Assembly (NCBI GenBank): GCA_016176415.1
Contig: JACOXH010000017.1
Location: 1-57,803, forward strand
DNA: 57,803 nt
Origin: Candidatus Daviesbacteria bacterium
GTDB taxonomy: Bacteria; Patescibacteriota; Microgenomatia; Daviesbacterales; UBA10151
Direction: 5' to 3'
Under the pieces are notes generated by a model. It did not search any database and was not told the DNA's origin. It saw nothing but the letters and a program-made list of their open reading frames with translations. Position numbers and translations under genes: made by a program. This document shows positions 35,841-42,836 of this stretch, piece after piece; the first letter of the stretch is position 1; every line of letters starts with the position of its first letter.

Positions 35841-37628
35841 ATGTGCGGGATATTTGGCTATAGTGGTTCCAAAAATGCCTCTGAAGTGATTTTAGAAGGT
35901 TTAAAGAGGTTAGAATACAGAGGTTATGATTCATGGGGAATTGCTGTGGCAGCCAATCAAATCAATTTAGAGAAAAAGATTGGTGCTATTGGTGATTTAA
36001 ATCAGCTTAATGGTCTGCCTGCAGCTAAAGCAGGAATTGGCCACACGCGCTGGGCTACCCACGGTGCTGTATCTGAAGTCAATGCTCACCCTCATTTTTC
36101 CTCTGATGAAAGTTTTGTTTTAGCTCAAAACGGGATTGTGGAAAATTACCAAAAATTAAAAAGTGAGCTGGATAAAAAAGGTTATAAATTTCTTTCAGAA
36201 ACAGATACGGAAGTCATAGTAAGACTCATAGAGTCAAAGAGTCAGAGAGTCAGAGATTTAAAAGAAGCTGTCAGAGAAGCTTTTTTGGAGCTGGAAGGCA
36301 GAAACACCATCATAGTTTTGACCAAAGATGGGCAAATTATTGCTGCCAGAAATGGCTCTCCTTTAGTGGCAGGTCTTAATGATGGTGAGGTTTTTCTGTC
36401 TTCTGATACTTTGTCTTTTGCTCCTCATGTTAGTGAGGCACTGGTTGTAGAAAATGGTCAAATGGTTTACTGGAATGGGAAGTTAACCCTTTTGGACATT
36501 AAATCAGATAAGGTTTTGCCTTTATATTTTCAAAAAATAAACTTCCAAAACAGTAAAGTAGATAAAGAAGGTTATGATCATTTTATGATCAAAGAAATTG
36601 CTGAAAGCCCGTATGTAATAAACCAAATTATAAGCGAAGCTTGCCGCTCCGCGGTAAATGGGGACCTTTCTTTATATGAGGATTTTGTGGAAGAGTTAAA
36701 GAAGGCTAAAGATGTTTATACCATTGGGTCTGGAACTGCAGGGATTGCTGCCTCTCAAATTGCTTTTTATTTGAGGGTTTTTGCCAAAATTAAAGCTGAA
36801 AGCGTGATTGGGGCAGATATTTATGAGTATTTTGATCTTTTGGGTAAGGATGATCTGATGATTGCTCCCTCGCAGAGCGGTGAAACAGCAGATGTTTTAG
36901 AAGTCTTAGAGATAGCTAAAAAGAAAGGTGTGAAGATTGCCTCTTATGTAAATATGCCGGGGTCAACTATGGCCAGAATGTCTGATTTTGCTTTTGCGGC
37001 TCATGCAGGGCCTGAAATTTGTGTAATGTCTACCAAGGTTTTTACCTCCCAAATAGCGTGGGGCTACTATATTTCCAAAATTGCCCAGGGTAAAGCTGAA
37101 GAGGGCAAAGAGAATTTGCGTAAATTAGCAGATGAGATAGAAGATTATTTAAACACAGGCAGCAATCATGAGGCTATAAAAAAGTTAGCAAAGGAACTGG
37201 CCAGATCAAAAGATATCTTTTTGCTGGGTAAGTATCAAAACTTTAATATCACCAAAGAGGGCATGGTCAAAATAATAGAAGGTTCATATATTCATGCTCA
37301 CGGGATTCCTGCAGGAGATTTGAAACACTATGCTATAACTTTAATGGAAAAAGGAGTGCCTGTAATAGTAGTTGTGTCAGAAGATAAAACTAAAGATGAT
37401 GTACTTAATGTTGTAAATCAGGTTAAAGCCAGAGGGGCTACAGTAGTAGGCATTTCCCCTGCTCCCTACAGTGGTTTTGATTACCATATTAGTGTGTCTG
37501 ATACAGGAGAGACTTCAGCTATTATGAATATAATCCCCTTGCAGCTTTTGGCTTATTATATGGCTGTGGAGTTGGGACACAATGTTGATAAACCCAGAAA
37601 TATAGCTAAAAGTGTTACAGTTAAATAA
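35841..37628 (+). CDS. glmS: glutamine--fructose-6-phosphate aminotransferase (isomerising)
   Basis: Canonical N-terminus MCGIFGY at 35841 and two SIS domains. An in-frame upstream ATG at 35814 would add MCGILEPKF. Confidence 0.93.
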   Translation: MCGIFGYSGSKNASEVILEGLKRLEYRGYDSWGIAVAANQINLEKKIGAIGDLNQLNGLPAAKAGIGHTRWATHGAVSEVNAHPHFSSDESFVLAQNGIVENYQKLKSELDKKGYKFLSETDTEVIVRLIESKSQRVRDLKEAVREAFLELEGRNTIIVLTKDGQIIAARNGSPLVAGLNDGEVFLSSDTLSFAPHVSEALVVENGQMVYWNGKLTLLDIKSDKVLPLYFQKINFQNSKVDKEGYDHFMIKEIAESPYVINQIISEACRSAVNGDLSLYEDFVEELKKAKDVYTIGSGTAGIAASQIAFYLRVFAKIKAESVIGADIYEYFDLLGKDDLMIAPSQSGETADVLEVLEIAKKKGVKIASYVNMPGSTMARMSDFAFAAHAGPEICVMSTKVFTSQIAWGYYISKIAQGKAEEGKENLRKLADEIEDYLNTGSNHEAIKKLAKELARSKDIFLLGKYQNFNITKEGMVKIIEGSYIHAHGIPAGDLKHYAITLMEKGVPVIVVVSEDKTKDDVLNVVNQVKARGATVVGISPAPYSGFDYHISVSDTGETSAIMNIIPLQLLAYYMAVELGHNVDKPRNIAKSVTVK

Positions 37629-37727
37629 TCGGACTGAAGATCAAAACAATTACAATATTTAAAATTGTTTTGATCAAAGGAGATCGCTTGCAAAAATAAT
37701 CTAAATGATTATTTTTGACAAGGGCAT

Positions 37728-37931
37728 ATGCAAGATGTAAGTAAATTATTTTCATTGCTCGGGGCAATGTTTTTACTGCTGGGGTTGGTTTTTAACATCA
37801 TACCCAGTTTACCCAGAATCCCGGGGGATCTTTATATAGATAAATTTGGTTTTAAAGTCTATATCCCTTTCACTTCAGCTATTGTTGCTTCTGTAATTTT
37901 AACCCTGATGTTAAACTTTTTTAGGAAGTGA
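37728..37931 (+). CDS. small membrane protein, DUF2905-like
   Basis: 67 aa with two TM helices and the central ...LPRIPGDLYI... motif. Confidence 0.6.
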   Translation: MQDVSKLFSLLGAMFLLLGLVFNIIPSLPRIPGDLYIDKFGFKVYIPFTSAIVASVILTLMLNFFRK

Positions 37932-37968
37932 CACAAAGCTTAATCTTTGGTAAAATCTTCATTGGTTT

Positions 37969-38041
37969 GCCGCAATTGCCAACGTGGTCAAGGCGTCCGC
38001 CTGAAGAGCGGATTATCTCAGTCCGATTCTGGGTTGCGGCA
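37969..38041 (+). tRNA. tRNA-Phe(GAA), atypical T-loop
   Basis: Acceptor GCCGCAA/TTGCGGC, anticodon stem TCCGC/GCGGA, loop CTGAAGA, T arm CTCAG-TCCGATT-CTGGG (C at position 55). Confidence 0.75.
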
Positions 38042-38113
38042 CATCTCACTTAGCTCAATAAAATTGAACCCCAGTATGCTATACTAAAATAGTATATATC
38101 GTGGTACATTTAT

Positions 38114-38794
38114 ATGCGTAAAGATCGCCACCTTGCAATACAGCTTCGACGTCAAAAGAAAAGTTATAACGAAATAAGTAATGTATTAGGAGTTCCAAAA
38201 AGTACTTTGCATGTTTGGTTTAAGAATAATCAATGGTCGTTAAAGATTAAAGAGGATTTGACTAAGAAAGCGAGAATCTTAGCTAAACCAAAGCTAAGAC
38301 TGATGGCAATGGCTAACAAGAAAAAATGGGAAAAAATACATACACAATTTCAGGATAAAGCAAAAAAAGAATTCACCTTGCTAATAAAAGATCCTCTATT
38401 TGTAGCTGGTTTAATGCTTTACTGGGGAGAAGGAGATAAGGTTTTAAAAAACTGTTTGGTAAGGTTGAGCAATAGTGACCCAGAATTAATTAAAGTATTT
38501 TATTTATTTCTTAAAAATGTACTGTTAATTTCAAAAGAAAAAATATTTATAAAGCTAATTCTTTATCCTGAGTTAGAAGATCTTGCTTATAAAAAATCCT
38601 GGAGTAATAAATTAAATATTCCGTTATCCCAATTTAAAAAGTCAGCAATCATTTTAGGGAAACATCCAACAAAACGTTTATCTTTAGGTATCTGCTCAAT
38701 TGAAGTTAGTAGTAGAAAGATAAAAGAGAAAATTATTACATGGTTTGCCTTGTATCAAAAATATATTAGTGAAAAGTATATTCATTTGGTATAA
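38114..38794 (+). CDS. HTH + LAGLIDADG-like (homing-endonuclease-like) protein
   Basis: HTH (SYNEISNVLGVPKSTLHVWF) and the motif FVAGLMLYWGEGDK. Paralogous to 24895-25497. Flanked by tRNA-Phe and tRNA-Gly. Confidence 0.5.
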   Translation: MRKDRHLAIQLRRQKKSYNEISNVLGVPKSTLHVWFKNNQWSLKIKEDLTKKARILAKPKLRLMAMANKKKWEKIHTQFQDKAKKEFTLLIKDPLFVAGLMLYWGEGDKVLKNCLVRLSNSDPELIKVFYLFLKNVLLISKEKIFIKLILYPELEDLAYKKSWSNKLNIPLSQFKKSAIILGKHPTKRLSLGICSIEVSSRKIKEKIITWFALYQKYISEKYIHLV

Positions 38795-38816
38795 TTCAGT
38801 CGTTGATCGTTTAGTC

Positions 38817-38891
38817 GCGGGAGTAGTTCAGCAGTAGAATGCGTCATTGCCAATGACGAGGTCGCGGGCGCGCATCCCGTCTCCCGCTCCA
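38817..38891 (+). tRNA. tRNA-Gly(GCC), CCA encoded, non-canonical D and T loops
   Basis: Acceptor GCGGGAG/CTCCCGC, anticodon stem CGTCA/TGACG, loop TTGCCAA, D-loop AGCAGTA (no GG), T arm GCGGG-CGCGCAT-CCCGT. Confidence 0.75.
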
Positions 38892-38932
38892 TCAAGATTA
38901 GCTTGGTATAACAATCTAATTTAATTTAGTCC

Positions 38933-38965
38933 AAAAAAAATCCGGCCCGAAATGAGCCGGATTTT
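38933..38965. terminator. bidirectional Rho-independent terminator
   Basis: A8 run, stem ATCCGGC/GCCGGAT with a 9-nt loop, then T4. Lies between the convergent tRNA-Gly and the DUF378-like gene. Confidence 0.6.
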
Positions 38966-38989
38966 AAAATAATTACCAAAATCCCCTAA

Positions 38990-39172
38990 CTACTTCTTCC
39001 CACCGACCATAAGGTAAGCCTGATATACACCAGCCAAACCAATAACTATGTAAACTATCTTTGTAAGGGAAGAACCTGCACCCAAAACTGCCTCAACAAG
39101 GTTGAGGTTAAGGAGTCCGACCAATCCCCAGTTAATGGCTGCTATAACTACGAGCCAAGCAACTGCTTTCAT
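38990..39172 (-). CDS. small membrane protein, DUF378-like
   Basis: MKAVAWLVVIAAINWGLVGLLNLNLVEAVLG...; GAGGGGG Shine-Dalgarno upstream of ATG 39172 (the track start at 39211 is probably too long). Confidence 0.65.
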   Translation of the reverse strand: MKAVAWLVVIAAINWGLVGLLNLNLVEAVLGAGSSLTKIVYIVIGLAGVYQAYLMVGGKK

Positions 39173-39278
39173 GATATCACCCCCTCTCAATCTATTGTTG
39201 ACATGAAACAATATCTGCTGTCAAGTCTTTACGCACAACTAGCTCAAAAGAGATGTTTTAGGTATAATACCTTTGCAT

Positions 39279-39350
39279 TGCCGGATCGTCTAACGGTAGG
39301 ACAACTGCCTTTGGAGCAGTGAATTCTAGGTTCGAATCCTAGTCCGGCAA
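39279..39350 (+). tRNA. tRNA-Gln(UUG); integration target of the downstream island
   Basis: U1:A72 acceptor TGCCGGA/TCCGGCA, anticodon stem ACTGC/GCAGT, loop CTTTGGA, T-loop TTCGAAT. Confidence 0.88.
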
Positions 39351-40856
39351 CAAGGTTGGACTCGCTGGCTGTAGGGTGGCCGGATTCGCGGCGGATGGGG
39401 GCGCCGCGAGGAGAAAATAGCCACGATTTCGGTATTCCACTTGAAGTTGTTGATTGAATAAAAAGAAGTTCGAGCCGACAGTTTTTGCTCCGATACTCAG
39501 TTCGGAGCATGTATTTTTTGCGCGCGCGATTTTTGCGCACGAAAGTGCGCTACCGATAAAGTTTTTTAGTGGTTCGAGCCATTCACTGCCTTTGTCTGAA
39601 ATTTCTTTAATTCTTTGCTGAAGTGATAGTTTTTCTTCAATTAAATAGTTCTTTTTATTTTGGTATTCTTTGGAGTCAATAACTTTGTCCAAATATCCTT
39701 CAAGCAATCTGTCCAGTTTATCTTCAGTTTCCTTAAGTTCTGTTTTTAACTTCTCGATTATTCCTTTAGATTTAAGTTTTTCTTTTTGGGCATCTTCATT
39801 TGCCCATTGCCGGAATTTTTCAGCCGCATATTCTGACATCGAGGCTTTACCAACAATTTCTTTTAATTGTATTTCAATATCATCTTTCCTTGCATACTTT
39901 TGATTACATACCCCTTTTTTCTTGGAACAGCGATAGTAAATGAAATCAACAGAGTTATTGGTTCTTGGGTAAAACCTGTGATGTTTTTCCGCAGTTATGG
40001 AGCAACCGCATTCTTTGCACTTAATTAGCCCTAAAAACTCAAATTCACTTTTTAGAGATTTATTTTTTCTGTTTCTTGCTTTAATTATTTCCTGCACAGA
40101 ATCAAATAATTTCTTGGTAATTAAAGGTTTATGTTTTCCTTCGTAAAGTTCACCATTAAATCTCATTACTCCATAGTAGAAAGGATCACCTAAAATTCTT
40201 TTCATCTTGTCTTTATGAAAAATCCTGCCTCCAAAAGTCGTATTAAATATTTTATTCTTAGTAAAGAAATTTATAATATCAACATAGGTATAACCGCCTG
40301 TTGCAAACATTTCAAAAGCTTTGGCAAGATAGGGAGCATGTCTCCTATCTACATGTATACTTTTTGTACCTGAATCATTTATGTACCCAAATGGCGCATG
40401 ATTAGGCCATTCCCCTCTTCTTAATTTTTGCCTGTTACCTCTTTTAACATTCTCGGATAAATTGTCCACATAGTATTTAGATTGACCAAAGGCTATGTTT
40501 AACATGAATTTTCCCTGCGGTGTGTTATCAAACCAAAAAGATGGAAATTTTAAATCCAAAAGTTTTCCTGTATCTAAAAGGTAAATTATTCTTCCGCCAT
40601 CAATAGAATTTCTGGCTAATCTGTCAGGATGCCACGATAAAATCCCGTTAGCTTCTCCTGCCTCCAACATCCTTATTAGTTCTGCAAATTTTTCCCTGCC
40701 CGGCTTTTTGGCAGTTTTACTTTCGGTAATGGTAGTAACTATTTCTAAATTTTCTTTTTCGGCAAACTCTTTAATCTCTGCAATTTGAGCCTCAATAGAG
40801 AGTATTTGCCTGTCCGGCTCATCTGTAGATTTTCTGCAATATGCAATGTATCTCAT
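39339..40856 (-). CDS. large serine recombinase (resolvase catalytic domain + recombinase domain + zinc ribbon + coiled coil)
   Basis: MRYIAYCRKSTDEPDRQ (catalytic Ser), ...CKECGCSITAEKHH...YYRCSKKKGVC zinc ribbon. The 3' end reads through repeat X into the tRNA-Gln 3' end, so the exact stop is uncertain. Confidence 0.9.
   Translation of the reverse strand: MRYIAYCRKSTDEPDRQILSIEAQIAEIKEFAEKENLEIVTTITESKTAKKPGREKFAELIRMLEAGEANGILSWHPDRLARNSIDGGRIIYLLDTGKLLDLKFPSFWFDNTPQGKFMLNIAFGQSKYYVDNLSENVKRGNRQKLRRGEWPNHAPFGYINDSGTKSIHVDRRHAPYLAKAFEMFATGGYTYVDIINFFTKNKIFNTTFGGRIFHKDKMKRILGDPFYYGVMRFNGELYEGKHKPLITKKLFDSVQEIIKARNRKNKSLKSEFEFLGLIKCKECGCSITAEKHHRFYPRTNNSVDFIYYRCSKKKGVCNQKYARKDDIEIQLKEIVGKASMSEYAAEKFRQWANEDAQKEKLKSKGIIEKLKTELKETEDKLDRLLEGYLDKVIDSKEYQNKKNYLIEEKLSLQQRIKEISDKGSEWLEPLKNFIGSALSCAKIARAKNTCSELSIGAKTVGSNFFLFNQQLQVEYRNRGYFLLAAPPSAANPATLQPASPTLLPD
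39348..39432. repeat. repeat X, copy 1 (85 bp), abutting tRNA-Gln
   Basis: CAACAAGGTTGGACTCGCTGGCTGTAGGGTGGCCGGATTCGCGGCGGATGGGGGCGCCGCGAGGAGAAAATAGCCACGATTTCGG; a perfect inverted match to 40954-41038. Confidence 0.9.
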
Positions 40857-40953
40857 ATTTTTATTAGAAGAAAAGTTCTTTTCAGTGATTAACTAAATTT
40901 TTGCGTACACTTTTCCAATTCGTTTTTTGTTTCTTTTTATTCCCAACAACTTC

Positions 40954-41038
40954 CCGAAATCGTGGCTATTTTCTCCTCGCGGCGCCCCCATCCGCCGCGA
41001 ATCCGGCCACCCTACAGCCAGCGAGTCCAACCTTGTTG
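40954..41038. repeat. repeat X, copy 2 (inverted), fused to repeat Y (attP-like Y-X junction)
   Basis: Exact reverse complement of 39348-39432 by my base-by-base comparison. Preceded by a short relic of a recombinase 3' end (..FFLF..RNRGYFLL..). Confidence 0.9.
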
Positions 41039-41127
41039 GCGCTTTACAAAAAAATTCGAACGCATTTTCAATCGACGCATTGACTCGTCGCCATCCCGAC
41101 CTCCCGTTGTTTTCTACCTTAAATGTT
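41036..41127. repeat. repeat Y, copy 1 (92 bp, minus orientation)
   Basis: The reverse complement equals 49710-49801: AACATTTAAGGTAGAAAACAACGGGAGGTCGGGATGGCGACGAGTCAATGCGTCGATTGAAAATGCGTTCGAATTTTTTTGTAAAGCGCCAA. Confidence 0.9.
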
Positions 41128-41227
41128 ATTCCGATTCCGTTCCGCAAAACTGTCGGCTCGAACCCCCGCCACAGCGGGGCAAAAAACGCAAAAATTTTAA
41201 AGAACTTTTCAATTTTTAACTATTGAG

Positions 41228-41599
41228 TTAAACAGAATAGTTAAAATATTTTGATTCATCATGGTCATAAATTGCTATAGAATTTGAATTCACATTTCCG
41301 GAAAAATGTTTGCTGCTATCATAATCATAACCTGTAAAGTTTGCTTCAGAAAATGAAATTGAAATATGCTTTCTGTTACCAAAATGGTAAAGAGAATAAT
41401 TGGCACCGTCGCCAGAACCACTTATATGGCACCTCATTTCATAATCATAAACAGAAATATTGATACTGGATACGTCTCCTCCAATAGAGAAGTATCTTCC
41501 TTCCAAGTAGTCATATATAGAAGTTGCTCCTGACTGAGAAATAATCTGCCCAGCGATGTAAGCAACAGCTCTTCGTGTATGGGTTTTAATCTTAATCAC
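41228..41599 (-). CDS. hypothetical protein with four internal YDY/HF-type repeats
   Basis: 123 aa; recurring motif S.YDY....(H/Y)(F/I)SG. The GTG start overlaps the stop of the upstream mini-ORF (GTGA). Confidence 0.5.
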   Translation of the reverse strand: MIKIKTHTRRAVAYIAGQIISQSGATSIYDYLEGRYFSIGGDVSSINISVYDYEMRCHISGSGDGANYSLYHFGNRKHISISFSEANFTGYDYDSSKHFSGNVNSNSIAIYDHDESKYFNYSV

Positions 41600-41721
41600 C
41601 TCCTTTTTCTTTTAACTTGTCTTAGTGCGCTTCCTGCTACTGATTTCTCTTTTTTCCTTGATAGATCCTTTTTAAGTAACTTAGATGCTAATTTACCAAC
41701 TCTTTTGCTTGTAACTGCCAT
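41596..41721 (-). CDS. possible 41-aa highly basic mini-protein (below the ORF-track cutoff)
   Basis: Own translation MAVTSKRVGKLASKLLKKDLSRKKEKSVAGSALRQVKRKRR. Strong Shine-Dalgarno AAAGGAGGA 7 nt upstream; stop coupled to the next gene. Confidence 0.35.
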   Translation of the reverse strand: MAVTSKRVGKLASKLLKKDLSRKKEKSVAGSALRQVKRKRR

Positions 41722-41738
41722 TCTAAAATCCTCCTTTC

Positions 41739-41768
41739 TTGACAACGGGTCAATATTTATACTACAAT
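41739..41768 (+). promoter_or_regulatory. putative promoter plus palindromic operators upstream of the XRE gene
   Basis: TTGACA (41739-41744), 18 nt, TACAAT (41763-41768). It overlaps the perfect palindrome ACAATATTGT, followed by TTGTAAtatttTTACAA. Confidence 0.4.
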
Positions 41769-41794
41769 ATTGTTGTAATATTTTTACAACACCT

Positions 41795-42193
41795 ATGAAA
41801 AAAAGTCAAGATACAAATTTGCAAACCTTCGGAGAATTCTTTAGACAAAAACGATTATCTTTAGACCTTACTTTAAGGCAGTTCTGCGAAAAATATCATT
41901 ATGACCCGGGTAATATCAGCAAGCTTGAAAGAAATATCCTATCCCCAAGCATAGATGAAGAAAAGCTTGAGGGTTATGCTTTAGCTCTGAAAATTTCTCG
42001 GGATACCTCTGACTGGACTACCTTTTTTGACCTCGCGCATACAGCTAAGGGAACTCTCCCCACTGATATCAGGAGAAATCCCGACATGCTGTCAGTCTTA
42101 CCAGCCTTCTATAGAACGGTTAGAGGGAAGAAGTTGGATCGTAAAAAAATAAATGAATTGATTAAGTTGATTAAAGATAATCATGGTAAATAA
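41795..42193 (+). CDS. XRE-family helix-turn-helix regulator
   Basis: FGEFFRQKRLSLDLTLRQFCEKYHYDPGNISKLERN is a typical HTH_XRE. ATG at 41795 chosen downstream of the promoter (the track ORF starts at 41579). Confidence 0.75.
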   Translation: MKKSQDTNLQTFGEFFRQKRLSLDLTLRQFCEKYHYDPGNISKLERNILSPSIDEEKLEGYALALKISRDTSDWTTFFDLAHTAKGTLPTDIRRNPDMLSVLPAFYRTVRGKKLDRKKINELIKLIKDNHGK

Positions 42194-42780
42194 TGCAACC
42201 CCCGAATATAACCCTTTCTAATGTTATCAGAGCCTCAGAAGATTTTCTTGAACAATTTCATTCGACACTCCTGTTGCCTATTCCTATAGAAGAAATTGTT
42301 GAGCTAAAAATGGGTATTGCTTTAGTTGTTATTCCGGGAATTAAGGATTTAATAGGGGTAGATTCTTTCATTTCAGCTGACTTTTCGCAAATTACAGTTG
42401 ACGAATATTCTTTTACTACATATCTTGAGAGGACGAGATTTTCGATAGCACATGAGATAGGTCATTATATTCTTCATAAGGATTGGTATGAACAAAATGG
42501 TCCGAAAAGTATCGAAGATTATTTAACTTTTTATGATCGAATAGATTCAGAAGTTTATAAATATTTAGAGATTCAAGCACAGACTTTTGCCGGTTTGGTG
42601 TTGGTTCCCAAAGAAGCACTATTAAAAGAACTTAAAAACAAAATGGGGTATGTTCCGACTCAAGAGGCACTAGAGATTTTTGCTCCTGTATATCAAGATT
42701 TGTTGAATGCTTTTCAGGTTTCAGGGGAAGTTTTATTAAGAAGATTGCAAAAAGACGGAATAGTAAAGAATAATTTTTAG
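42193..42780 (+). CDS. ImmA/IrrE-family (COG2856-like) zinc metallopeptidase
   Basis: HEIGHYILH (HExxH) motif. The start overlaps the XRE stop (TAATG), the classic XRE-ImmA pairing. Confidence 0.75.
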   Translation: MQPPNITLSNVIRASEDFLEQFHSTLLLPIPIEEIVELKMGIALVVIPGIKDLIGVDSFISADFSQITVDEYSFTTYLERTRFSIAHEIGHYILHKDWYEQNGPKSIEDYLTFYDRIDSEVYKYLEIQAQTFAGLVLVPKEALLKELKNKMGYVPTQEALEIFAPVYQDLLNAFQVSGEVLLRRLQKDGIVKNNF

Positions 42781-42836
42781 AATCTTTAGAACTTGAGATA
42801 CTTTTCTTCAAATTTGCTATACTTCAGAAGTTGTTT

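Noticed and set aside
36229-36258. GAGTCAAAGAGTCAGAGAGTCAGAG tract in glmS as an in-frame repeat insertion
   Set aside because: It falls in a naturally variable segment of GlmS, and the protein length is normal. Without an alignment I cannot show it is an insertion.
39244-41226. Short ORFs 39244-39540 (-), 40893-41147 (-), 40901-41083, 40927-41226, 40962-41219 (+), and 49621-49806 (+)
   Set aside because: All are read-throughs of the GC-rich X/Y repeats. Their shared peptides only reflect the DNA repeats.
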